Source of the DNA: Flavobacterium sp.
GTDB lineage: Bacteria > Bacteroidota > Bacteroidia > Flavobacteriales > Flavobacteriaceae
DNA: 64,000 bases
Direction: 5' to 3'
NCBI GenBank assembly: GCA_035387925.1
Contig: DAOOOV010000013.1
Coordinates: 182-64,181 of the forward strand
Shown here: piece after piece, positions 1-8,758 of the stretch
Numbering within the stretch: the first letter of the stretch is position 1
Layout: each line of letters opens with the position of its first letter
Translations under genes and position numbers: made by a program
Notes under the pieces: generated by a model
Databases searched by the model: none
The model's input: the letters and a program-made list of their open reading frames with translations, nothing else
Told to the model about the DNA's origin: nothing

Positions 1-40
1 GGTACGAGCGCAAAAGATACAAGCGCAAAGCCCGGCCGCC
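1..40 (-). repeat. Partial copy (5' half) of the Flavo-1-like structured intergenic repeat, truncated by the window edge
   Basis: Reverse complement reads GGCCGGGCTTTGCGCTTGTATCTTTTG, matching the 5' half of the copy at 35232 (GGCCGGGCTGTACGCTCTATCTTT). Confidence 0.6.
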
Positions 41-153
41 AGGCAACGCCCAACATTATGGAAATCATATAACTTAAATTATAATTCGTGTAACGCTTTT
101 CGTGGCATTTCAGGCCAACTTTGCTTCAGAAAATAATTTTTTAACATAGTAAA

Positions 154-639
154 ATGCAAATTACCATGAAAGCAAACATCGGCATCCCGCAAAAAAACAT
201 TGACCAGTGTGCCAAATTATTATCGGTGGTACTGGCCGATGAAATTACGTTATATACCAAGAGCCGCAAATTCCATTGGAATGTATCGGGCAACAGTTTT
301 ATGGAGCTGCACCAGCTTTTTGAAAAGCAGTACACCGCTCTGGAAAAAATCATAGATGAGGTGGCCGAACGCATTAACAAGTTGGGAAAAAACACGATTG
401 GCACCATGAAGGAGTTTTCTGAATTGACCAATTTGAAGGAATCACCAGGTAAGTACCCTTCACAAAAGGAGATGATAGCAGAATTGCTCGCCGACCACGA
501 AACGGTAATCCAACACTTACGCAAGGATATTGAAACCTGCGAAGAGGAAATCAAGGATGCCGCAACCACCGATTTTTTAACCGGTGTGATGGAGCAGCAC
601 GAGACCTTTGCCTGGATCCTGCGTCGTTATTTGAGCTAA
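154..639 (+). CDS. dps: Dps family DNA-binding ferritin-like starvation/stationary-phase protection protein
   Basis: 161 aa with FHWNVSG, HQLFEKQY and DEVAERI ferroxidase-centre motifs and a C-terminal HETFAWIL. Confidence 0.95.
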   Translation: MQITMKANIGIPQKNIDQCAKLLSVVLADEITLYTKSRKFHWNVSGNSFMELHQLFEKQYTALEKIIDEVAERINKLGKNTIGTMKEFSELTNLKESPGKYPSQKEMIAELLADHETVIQHLRKDIETCEEEIKDAATTDFLTGVMEQHETFAWILRRYLS

Positions 640-663
640 ACCCTAACCCCATAACAAACGAAA

Positions 664-1416
664 TTGATACTACAACATACATTTTCTGGTGTGGGCAAGG
701 CGTCGCTGTTTGTCAAACGTTTCTTTGTCGAGGTTTTCACGACTTCGTTCGAGTTCAAGGAGTTCGTTTGGCAATGTTACGCGATCGGCTACCGCTCACT
801 GCCTTTGGTTAGCATTACCGGTTTCATTATGGGTTTGGTACTCACGATACAGTCAAGACCTACCTTGGCTCAGTTTGGTGCCGAATCCTGGATTCCGGGT
901 ATGGTTACTTTGTCGCTGGTACGCGAAATCGCTCCGGTGATTACCGCTTTGATCTGTGCGGGAAAAATTGCGTCGGGGATTGGGGCCGAACTGGGCTCTA
1001 TGAAAGTGACCGAGCAAATTGATGCCATGGAAGTGTCGGCCATCAATCCCTTTAAATACCTCGTTGTAACCCGTATTATGGCCACTACACTGATGGTGCC
1101 TGTACTCGTGATTTATGCAGACTTAGTAGGTTTATTTGGCGGATTCATTGGTTACAATATCCACGGCGAGGTGAGCCTGTTTCGTTTCTTTTCACAGGCG
1201 TTGGAGTCGTTGACTTTTATGGATTTGATTCCGGCCACGATCAAGACGGTGTTCTTTGGTTTTTTCATCGGGATGATAGGTTGCTTTAAAGGATTCCATG
1301 CCGAAAACGGAACCGAAAGCGTAGGTAAGGCAGCGAACTCGGCTGTAGTGACTGCATCGCTATCGATTTTTATCATTGACATGATTGCAGTACAAATCAC
1401 CGATTTAATTTTTTGA
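664..1416 (+). CDS. mlaE: MlaE family ABC transporter permease
   Basis: REIAPVITALICAGKIASGIGAELGSMKVTEQIDAMEV is the MlaE signature; TTG start. Confidence 0.93.
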   Translation: MILQHTFSGVGKASLFVKRFFVEVFTTSFEFKEFVWQCYAIGYRSLPLVSITGFIMGLVLTIQSRPTLAQFGAESWIPGMVTLSLVREIAPVITALICAGKIASGIGAELGSMKVTEQIDAMEVSAINPFKYLVVTRIMATTLMVPVLVIYADLVGLFGGFIGYNIHGEVSLFRFFSQALESLTFMDLIPATIKTVFFGFFIGMIGCFKGFHAENGTESVGKAANSAVVTASLSIFIIDMIAVQITDLIF

Positions 1417-1418
1417 GT

Positions 1419-2195
1419 ATGGAGACAACCGCAAAAGAAACTACAGTAAAAGCGACGCCGCCTTCAAGCGAAATGGTCATTGATATTAAGGATTTACACA
1501 AATCGTTTGGTGCCAACAGTATCCTTAAAGGGGTAAATCTTAAAGTGGCCAAAGGCGAGAGTGTGGTGGTTTTGGGCAAATCTGGATCGGGCAAATCGGT
1601 AACGATTAAATGTTTGGTGGGGCTCATCGCGCCCGACACAGGCGAGCTCAACGTTTTTGGCACCGATGTGACCCAGCTCAACAACAATCAACTCAACGAG
1701 CTACGTGCCAGGATGGGATTTTTGTTCCAGACTGCGGCACTTTACGATTCAATGTCGGTACGGGAAAACCTCGGGTTTACGCTCAGGCATCACAACAAAA
1801 AACTCAGCGCCGATGAAATTGAACAAGCTACTATAGCAGCCTTGCAAGGAGTTGGCCTCGAAGAAGCCATAGATAAGATGCCGTCTGAGCTTTCGGGCGG
1901 GATGCGCAAAAGGATCGGATTGGCCAGGACGATGATCATCAAACCAGAGATTATGTTGTATGATGAACCCACGACGGGGCTCGACACCATCACCTCGCGT
2001 GAAATCAGTGAACTCATACTGGAGTTGCAAAGTAAGAACAAGACCACGTCGATCATCATCACGCACGATATGCCTTGTGCCAGGCTTACTGCCGACCGTA
2101 TTGTGATCCTTAAGGAAGGCGTGATTGCAGCCGAAGGAACCTATGAAGAATTAGAAAAAAGTGAAGACGAATGGGTACGCTCATTTTTTATATAA
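1419..2195 (+). CDS. mlaF: MlaF/Mkl family ABC transporter ATP-binding protein
   Basis: Walker A GKSGSGKS, signature LSGGMRKR, Walker B MLYDEP; ATG at 1419 preferred over TTG at 1413. Confidence 0.92.
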   Translation: METTAKETTVKATPPSSEMVIDIKDLHKSFGANSILKGVNLKVAKGESVVVLGKSGSGKSVTIKCLVGLIAPDTGELNVFGTDVTQLNNNQLNELRARMGFLFQTAALYDSMSVRENLGFTLRHHNKKLSADEIEQATIAALQGVGLEEAIDKMPSELSGGMRKRIGLARTMIIKPEIMLYDEPTTGLDTITSREISELILELQSKNKTTSIIITHDMPCARLTADRIVILKEGVIAAEGTYEELEKSEDEWVRSFFI

Positions 2196-2216
2196 CCCCT
2201 ATAAAGCAAAAATAAC

Positions 2217-3080
2217 ATGAATAAAGAAATACAATTTACCTCGAAATTGGGCATGTTTGTCACCATTGGGCTGGTGGCGTTTATACTCGCCATTTACCTG
2301 ATCGGGAAGCAGCAGAACCTTTTTGGGACTACCTTTGAACTACAATCTAAATTTAAGAACGTAAGCGGGCTAAAGGTGGGCAACCAGGTAAGATTCTCGG
2401 GAATCAATGTGGGCACGATAGACGCTATTGACATTGTGAATGATTCTACGGTAATCGTCAAGGCCAAAATCGATGAGGAAGTACGCAAATTCATCAAGAC
2501 CGATGCACAGGCAAGTATTGGGTCAGACGGTTTGATGGGCGATAAGATCCTGACAATTTCTCCGGGAGCGGCCTCGAACAAAACCGTGGAAGATGGTGCC
2601 ATGATCGCCTCGGCCAAACCGGTTGAAATGGAACAGATCATGAAAAGCCTCCAGACTACTGTAGACAATGCTGGAGAAATCACGACGCAACTCGCCGAGT
2701 TTTCAAAGAAAATGAACAATGAAGATGGGGCACTTTCAAAATTGCTCACAGACGCAGAATTTGGGAACAGCATCAAGAATACGATGACCAACCTCGAGAC
2801 ATTTTCTAAAAACATGAACAATAAGAACAATGTGCTCAACAAGCTCACCAATGATGAAAAACTTGGTAAACAGGTAGATTCGGCGGTAGGGAATCTCAAT
2901 GAAACAGTCAAGGCGGCGCAAAACAATTTCCTGCTTAAAGGCTATTTTAAGAAGAAAAAGCGAGCCGATGAGAAAAAAGCCAGACAGGCCAGAAAGCAGG
3001 CCGAAAAAACCAAAGAACGACAAGCTAAAGTAAAAGCAGAGTTGCAGGAAATAAAAAATGACAGCCAGCCAAACCATTAG
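2217..3080 (+). CDS. mlaD: MlaD/MCE family protein with coiled-coil C-terminus and basic tail
   Basis: N-terminal TM segment, MCE motifs GLKVGNQVRFSGINVGTI and SIGSDGLMGDKILTI; follows mlaEF. Confidence 0.92.
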   Translation: MNKEIQFTSKLGMFVTIGLVAFILAIYLIGKQQNLFGTTFELQSKFKNVSGLKVGNQVRFSGINVGTIDAIDIVNDSTVIVKAKIDEEVRKFIKTDAQASIGSDGLMGDKILTISPGAASNKTVEDGAMIASAKPVEMEQIMKSLQTTVDNAGEITTQLAEFSKKMNNEDGALSKLLTDAEFGNSIKNTMTNLETFSKNMNNKNNVLNKLTNDEKLGKQVDSAVGNLNETVKAAQNNFLLKGYFKKKKRADEKKARQARKQAEKTKERQAKVKAELQEIKNDSQPNH

Positions 3081-3197
3081 CAATGGGAATTCTATAATCT
3101 TTTAAAGCAATCGCGTAAGGGATTTACGTCCGGAAAATTGAATTTTAGCAACTTGTATCACAACGTATTAACACACAATTATTTAAAAGTATACAAG

Positions 3198-3572
3198 ATG
3201 AAAAATCCAAAGAAACTTGGCATCTGGATGGATCATAGCATGGCCCATGTCATGGAGTTTACCGACGAGCATTTTGAAGTAAACACAATTGAATCAGAGT
3301 ATCCGCTCAAAGGGCAACACCAGCAAACTACTGCAATTACCCAAGCACAACGCAATAAGCAGTACAAGTACTATAAGAAATTAGGAGAAATCATTAAGGA
3401 TTATTACCAAGTAATTCTTTTTGGGCCAACCGACGCAAAGATAGAATTGTTCAACTTACTTAGTGACGATGCCCGTTTTGTTAAAATCCAGGTAGAGATT
3501 AAGGAAACCGACCGTATGACCAGAAAACAACTGCATTCATTTGTCAATGAATATTTTACAGTATCGCACTAA
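3198..3572 (+). CDS. Small eRF1 middle-domain-like (baeRF/host-attachment-like, RNase H fold) hypothetical protein
   Basis: GIWMDHSMAHV at the N-terminus and VILFGPTDAK..LFNLL resemble stand-alone eRF1-domain-2 proteins; ATG at 3198 preferred. Confidence 0.55.
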   Translation: MKNPKKLGIWMDHSMAHVMEFTDEHFEVNTIESEYPLKGQHQQTTAITQAQRNKQYKYYKKLGEIIKDYYQVILFGPTDAKIELFNLLSDDARFVKIQVEIKETDRMTRKQLHSFVNEYFTVSH

Positions 3573-3660
3573 CAACAGTGACTTAGTGTTAAAAGAGAAT
3601 CCCGGTGTAATATCCGGGATTTTTTTTTGTAATTTAGGTTCATAACCAATACCAACAATT

Positions 3661-4071
3661 ATGAGAAAATTTATCCTAATCCCGATTATGGTAATTGCTA
3701 CGCTGATGGGTTGCCAAAAAAGCAAGCTAGAGGCTGCCGCCGAAGCCGATGTAGCCGCTGCCGAAGCTGCCCTTGACAGCGCAGAAAGCAACCAGGTAGC
3801 CGTTCGCAAGGCGGCAACTGCAGCAGAGTGGCAGGAATTCAAGGAACAGGCCAATATCCTAATCCAGCAAAACAAGATTCGCATAGACGAACTGAAAGCC
3901 AGCGCTAAGGAGTCTGGAGACAAAAGCATGGAGGCAATCGAGGAAAAAAATAGGCAATTGCAAAACAAACTCGAATCGTATAAAAATGATGCGAGCGAAG
4001 ATTGGGAAGCCTTCAAGGCCGGTTTCAACCAGGACAAGGATGACTTGCGGCGCGAACTGCTCAATAAATAA
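3661..4071 (+). CDS. Helical hydrophilic lipoprotein (stress-induced acidophilic repeat/LEA-like)
   Basis: Signal peptide with lipobox LMGC; Ala/Glu/Lys-rich coiled coil ending WEAFKAGFNQDKDDL. Confidence 0.7.
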   Translation: MRKFILIPIMVIATLMGCQKSKLEAAAEADVAAAEAALDSAESNQVAVRKAATAAEWQEFKEQANILIQQNKIRIDELKASAKESGDKSMEAIEEKNRQLQNKLESYKNDASEDWEAFKAGFNQDKDDLRRELLNK

Positions 4072-4080
4072 ACTTTCAAG

Positions 4081-4105
4081 GCGGGACTCGGTTTCCGCTT
4101 TTTTT
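4081..4105 (+). terminator. Rho-independent terminator
   Basis: GCGGGA-ctcggtt-TCCGC stem followed by T7, just after the stop at 4071. Confidence 0.7.
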
Positions 4106-4210
4106 GTCCCTGAACTGGAAAATGTGTAACGAATTGTAAAAGTTCTATAACACAATTGTGCGCGTTTGATGGCATCTTTGTAAGACAAGAAACCAAATAA
4201 AACACAACAC

Positions 4211-4366
4211 ATGTCAAGTTTACTCTACATTATTGCAGTGGTGCTGGTAATTGCCTGGGCCATCGGATTTTTTGCTTACAGCGTAGGCGGAATCATCCAT
4301 ATTTTGCTCGTCATCGCCATCGTTGCGATATTACTCAGGATCATTCAGGGAAAGAAAGTATTATAA
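4211..4366 (+). CDS. lmo0937 family small membrane protein (51 aa; absent from the ORF track)
   Basis: Translated by hand: MSSLLYIIAVVLVIAWAIGFFAYSVGGIIHILLVIAIVAILLRIIQGKKVL, the typical two-TM lmo0937 pattern (W..GF...GG.IH.LLV.A). Confidence 0.88.
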   Translation: MSSLLYIIAVVLVIAWAIGFFAYSVGGIIHILLVIAIVAILLRIIQGKKVL

Positions 4367-4385
4367 ATCATTTAAATATCACATT

Positions 4386-4736
4386 ATGAAATCAGTTAAT
4401 AGCAAGTTAGCATTGGGATTATTGGGCGGATTGGCCGCTGGAGCATTATTGGGCGTTTTGTTCGCTCCGGATAAAGGGTCAAATACCAGAAAGAAAATCG
4501 CCGACAAAGGCAAAGACTACGCCGACGATCTTAAGAACAAATACGACACGATTTTGGGTTCGGTAACCCGTAAGTACGAGAATTTGTTCCAGGAAGGCGA
4601 AGAGTTACTCGCCGATGGAAAGTCGCGCTATGAGCAGCTCAAGGCAGAAGGCAAGTCTAAGTTCAATGATTTAAAAGACGAAGCCAAATCGAAATTAGAA
4701 GAAGCCAAAAACGAAGTAAGCGCCTACAAAGCTTAA
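4386..4736 (+). CDS. YtxH domain-containing protein
   Basis: LGLLGGLAAGALLGVLFAPDKGSNTRKKI is the YtxH motif; ATG at 4386 preferred over the upstream track start. Confidence 0.9.
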   Translation: MKSVNSKLALGLLGGLAAGALLGVLFAPDKGSNTRKKIADKGKDYADDLKNKYDTILGSVTRKYENLFQEGEELLADGKSRYEQLKAEGKSKFNDLKDEAKSKLEEAKNEVSAYKA

Positions 4737-4775
4737 TTCTTATCTTAGCCTAAAATAAGACTAACCGTTAAAATC

Positions 4776-5126
4776 ATGGAAAATCCGACAACAATCGAAG
4801 CGCTTTTAGAGAAAGCAGAGAATTACACACGCACTTCTATCGAGCTGGCCAAGCTCCAGGCGATAGACAAGGGTGCTGATATCGTTTCCTCGGCTGTTGC
4901 CGGAGTCGCAATTACAGTTGTTGTCGGGACTTCCCTGATTTTACTCAATATAGGGGTAGCCTTTTGGATAGGCGAGCAGTTGGGTGCCGCTTACTACGGA
5001 TTTTTTGCCGTTGCCGGCTTTCACTTACTTGTGGCGATTTTATTGTATGTATTTAGGAACCAATGGATTAAACTTCCTATCAGCGACCGCATTATTACCG
5101 GTATGCTAACACCAAAAAGAAGATGA
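4776..5126 (+). CDS. Holin-X/YqjE-like (phage_holin_3_6 family) membrane protein
   Basis: Y..TSIEL.KL N-terminus, two TM helices, located after ytxH. Confidence 0.7.
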   Translation: MENPTTIEALLEKAENYTRTSIELAKLQAIDKGADIVSSAVAGVAITVVVGTSLILLNIGVAFWIGEQLGAAYYGFFAVAGFHLLVAILLYVFRNQWIKLPISDRIITGMLTPKRR

Positions 5127-5527
5127 ATACTAAAAACGCTACCACCGATCTAGACGAACGAATCGTGATGCTCCAGGCAAAAAAAGCTGGGGAATGGGAA
5201 GAACTCAAAAAACAATTTGAGGTCACTAAAGAAAGTCTTCGGCCCATGAACCTTGTAAAAGGTGTATTTCAGGACATTACAAGTTCACCAGATATCAAAA
5301 AAAATATAGTTGGCAATGTCGTTGGACTTGCCACGGGCTATCTTTCTAAAAAAATCGTTTTTGGAGGCACGCACAATCCGCTCAAGAAAATTGCCGGTGC
5401 CATACTGCAATTTGCCGTCACTAATTTTGTAGGTAAAAAGATGGAAAAATCGGCCAAGGAAAGAACCGAAGAACAAGAGCAACCCTTGTCACATCGGTCA
5501 GAGACACAACAACCTATTTCAAACTAA
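5123..5527 (+). CDS. Hypothetical protein, third gene of the ytxH-holin-like operon
   Basis: Overlaps the previous stop (ATGA coupling); ESLRPMNLVK and amphipathic GLATGYLSKK segments. Confidence 0.7.
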   Translation: MNTKNATTDLDERIVMLQAKKAGEWEELKKQFEVTKESLRPMNLVKGVFQDITSSPDIKKNIVGNVVGLATGYLSKKIVFGGTHNPLKKIAGAILQFAVTNFVGKKMEKSAKERTEEQEQPLSHRSETQQPISN

Positions 5528-6663
5528 TAAGTTACGTATTCTGTAATTTCAAGGCCGTAACCAATCATTCCGACGCGTTTTGCATGCTCGGCATTGGAGA
5601 CGAGTTTGATTTTAGAGATGTCGATGTCGTGTAGTATCTGCGCACCTATACCAAAATCCTTGATGTCCATCTTAATTTGCGGTGCTTTAAAAATGCCTTT
5701 GGCTTGTAGTTGCTTGAGTTCGGCCAGACGATTAAGTAAATCGTTGGCTTGTAGTTCCTGATTGATAAATAAAATGGCACCTCGTCCTTCTTCATGGATC
5801 AACTGGAACATATCGTCGAGTTTCTTGTCGGCGTTATTGGTCAAAGTCCCTAAAATGTCATTGTTGGTTAGGGTAGAATTGATACGGGTGAGAATCGCAT
5901 CCCCATTATTCCAGGTTCCTTTCGTGAGTGCAATGTGCACTTGTTTGTTTGTGGTTTGTTGGTAAGCGCGTAACCTAAAATCGCCAAATCTCGTGGCAAT
6001 TTCAAAATCTTCTTTCTTTACAATGAGACTGTCGTGCTGCATGCGATAAGCGACCAAATCTTCTATCGAGACGAGTTTGAGGTTGAATTTTTTAGCGACT
6101 TCTACCAATTCGGGCAAACGCGCCATCGATCCATCCTCATTCATAATCTCACAAATCACACCTGCCGATTTGAATCCGGCCAAACGTGCAAAATCTATCG
6201 CCGCCTCGGTGTGTCCGGTTCTCCTGAGTACGCCACCTTGCTTGGCAATCAAAGGGAATACGTGTCCTGGGCGCGCCAAATCGTGCGATTTGATTTCGGG
6301 ATTCACCAACGACAATACGGTTTTGGCACGATCAACAGCAGAAATCCCAGTGGTCACACCGTGTCCACGCAAATCTACCGATACGGTAAAAGCGGTTTCC
6401 ATGTGATCGGTATTATTGTGTACCATCGCGTGCAAACCAAGTTCCTTACAGCGGTTTTCTGTGAGCGGCGCGCAAATCAATCCGCGTCCGTGTGTGGCCA
6501 TGAAATTGATCATTTCGGGCGTTGCCATTTCGGCAGCAGCGAGAAAATCCCCTTCATTTTCACGATCTTCATCATCTACAACAATAATGACTTTGCCCTG
6601 ACGGATGTCTTCTATGGCTTCTTCTATGGTGTTGAGTTTGATGGTTTGGGCAATCGTTGTCAT
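5524..6663 (-). CDS. ribB: 3,4-dihydroxy-2-butanone-4-phosphate synthase fused to a degenerate GTP cyclohydrolase II domain (RibBX-type)
   Basis: [12 protein letters not shown] and RRTGHTEA are RibB motifs; the C-terminal domain lacks the HSEC...CDC Zn ligands. Confidence 0.92.
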   Translation of the reverse strand: MTTIAQTIKLNTIEEAIEDIRQGKVIIVVDDEDRENEGDFLAAAEMATPEMINFMATHGRGLICAPLTENRCKELGLHAMVHNNTDHMETAFTVSVDLRGHGVTTGISAVDRAKTVLSLVNPEIKSHDLARPGHVFPLIAKQGGVLRRTGHTEAAIDFARLAGFKSAGVICEIMNEDGSMARLPELVEVAKKFNLKLVSIEDLVAYRMQHDSLIVKKEDFEIATRFGDFRLRAYQQTTNKQVHIALTKGTWNNGDAILTRINSTLTNNDILGTLTNNADKKLDDMFQLIHEEGRGAILFINQELQANDLLNRLAELKQLQAKGIFKAPQIKMDIKDFGIGAQILHDIDISKIKLVSNAEHAKRVGMIGYGLEITEYVTY

Positions 6664-8090
6664 TTCTTTTTGAATATTTTGTTGAAGGTTTTGCGCAGCG
6701 GTTCGGTTATCGCATCCATGCTGATAAAGCTGATGTCATTCGTGGCGCGATAGGTGAGCAGCAATGCCAACGGTGTGAGGATAAAGGTCGCCATCCAGCA
6801 ACCCATAAATGGTGTCATGCCACTTTCCTGCGCTACCTTTTTGCTGAAGGTGTTGATGAAGTGGTAAATGATGAATATCAAAACGGCAAAAACAATAGGC
6901 AAACCCAGTCCGCCTTTCCTGATAATTGCCCCCAGAGGTGCCCCGATGAAAAACATCAGGATACACGCAAAGGCGATTACAAATTTGTCGTATAGCGCAA
7001 TCCAGTGGCTGTTGATGATTTTTCGTTTGTAGTCCATTTCAAGTTTGGTCCCGTCGATGGCGAACGTTGAACTTACGATGTTCCCGGCCGCAACTTTAAG
7101 TATGGTGGATTGTTCTACGGGTTTGAAATTCGTGAGCAGAGGCTTGTTCATGGGCAATTTACCATTGACAGGATCGTTGGGCGTAAACGCATTGATACCG
7201 GTACGCATGTAGATGTTGTCGGAGAACGAAACCACATCTTTTTGATAGCTCTTGTTCAACGAATCGAGTGTGTAGCGCAGTTCGTTGATGTTGAGCATGG
7301 TATTGGTGTTGTTGATAGAAAAATCTACAGATCCGGCGTTATTGAGTTTGGCCAGATCCAGGTTGATGATGTATTTTTTGAACGCACTTTTGGCAAACGG
7401 CAGTTTTTTGCGTTCCTCGAATTTTTTAGGGACAAGATCTTCGTAGTAATACCCATCGTTGAGTACCAATTTTAAAATGTTTGATTTTTCATTGCTCATC
7501 AGTTCACCGGTTTTGGCCTTGATGACATTGCGGCTGCCTTCAAACGGCCCGGCTTTTTTATGGATGGTGACGCCTTTAAGGTAGTTGCCGTTTTCGCCTT
7601 CTTTTTTCTCAACCTTAATATTATACGAACCCACATCCGAGAACTGCCCTTCGGCAATCGCCATGGCTGGTTTCATCTGTGCAATGTCTTTTCTAAAGTT
7701 GATGAATTTGTACTCGGCATACGGAATCACATTGTTGGCAAAGAAGAACGCAGCGACACTCAAAAGCAAGATAAAAATAGACAGGCTCTTCATGGCGCGC
7801 TGTAATGAAATTCCCGCCGATTTCATCGCGGCAAACTCGTAATTTTCGGCAAAACTGCCAAACGTCATGATCGATGCCAAAAGTACCGAAAGCGGCAACA
7901 CCAGCGGAATGATACGCGGCATGGCAAACAATAAAAACTTAAGGACAAGAATAAAATCAAGATCTTTTCCCGCCAATTCAGAAATGAATAGCCAGACGGT
8001 TTGAAGTATGAAGATAAAGAAGAGGATGACAAATACCGAGGCAAATGTACCCAGGAAACTTTTTAAAAGATATCTGTCGAGGATTTTCAC
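6660..8090 (-). CDS. LptF/LptG family LPS export permease
   Basis: N-terminal KILDRYLLKSF, TM helices, ENYEFAAMKSAGISL motif, large periplasmic domain, C-terminal GAPLGAIIRKGG. Confidence 0.88.
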   Translation of the reverse strand: MKILDRYLLKSFLGTFASVFVILFFIFILQTVWLFISELAGKDLDFILVLKFLLFAMPRIIPLVLPLSVLLASIMTFGSFAENYEFAAMKSAGISLQRAMKSLSIFILLLSVAAFFFANNVIPYAEYKFINFRKDIAQMKPAMAIAEGQFSDVGSYNIKVEKKEGENGNYLKGVTIHKKAGPFEGSRNVIKAKTGELMSNEKSNILKLVLNDGYYYEDLVPKKFEERKKLPFAKSAFKKYIINLDLAKLNNAGSVDFSINNTNTMLNINELRYTLDSLNKSYQKDVVSFSDNIYMRTGINAFTPNDPVNGKLPMNKPLLTNFKPVEQSTILKVAAGNIVSSTFAIDGTKLEMDYKRKIINSHWIALYDKFVIAFACILMFFIGAPLGAIIRKGGLGLPIVFAVLIFIIYHFINTFSKKVAQESGMTPFMGCWMATFILTPLALLLTYRATNDISFISMDAITEPLRKTFNKIFKKK

Positions 8091-8098
8091 TTCAAAAA

Positions 8099-8758
8099 TT
8101 AATCTAACTTATTGATGTAGTATTTTGGGTATTTACTCGCGTCAAAGGTAAACTGATTTTTTGATAATGGCTGATTGGTTTTAAAAGAATTAACAGTGAG
8201 TGTGGTTTTGGTCCCGTTTTTACCCACTTCAATTAAATTGTAGATGTTTTTGGTCTGGATGTCAATGCCCAACAGGATTTCTTTGCGTTGGTCTTTGCTG
8301 TTGGTCGGGGTCAATTTAATGTATTGGATTTGGCGCCCTTTGACATTTTGAACAATGTCCCAGAAAAATTTGTATCCGGTATTGAAAAAGGTCAGCATCT
8401 TAGAAGGTGAAACCGCTGTATCATCTTTCTCATTAAATTTGGTGACAGAAATTTCCTCGTCTTCGGGATTGATGGTGTAGATTTTCTTACCGTCGAACAT
8501 CTTGGTGACGCCCATCAGGTTAAGCACGTACATATTGCCCTGAATGGTAACATTTCCCTTACTTTCCTGGTTGATGTTTTCTTTAGAATTGTTCAGCGCG
8601 TACTTAAAGTCGATGACGATATTCTTGTAACTTTTTACCTTTGAGGTTACCTGGTCAAGCAGATCTTTTGCTTTTTTATCCTGGGCCTGGACGGAGAAAC
8701 TAAATAGAAGTAGGAATGCGATTGGGACAAGCTTTTTCATTCGGCTAATTTTGTTCAT
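8099..8758 (-). CDS. lolA: LolA-like outer-membrane lipoprotein carrier protein
   Basis: Signal peptide (alternative start 8740), FDGKKIYTI..EDEEI motif, directly downstream of ftsK. Confidence 0.75.
   Translation of the reverse strand: MNKISRMKKLVPIAFLLLFSFSVQAQDKKAKDLLDQVTSKVKSYKNIVIDFKYALNNSKENINQESKGNVTIQGNMYVLNLMGVTKMFDGKKIYTINPEDEEISVTKFNEKDDTAVSPSKMLTFFNTGYKFFWDIVQNVKGRQIQYIKLTPTNSKDQRKEILLGIDIQTKNIYNLIEVGKNGTKTTLTVNSFKTNQPLSKNQFTFDASKYPKYYINKLD

Noticed and set aside
4776-5126. Holin-like protein as a prophage sign
   Set aside because: No endolysin, structural or integrase genes; this family is commonly chromosomal next to ytxH.
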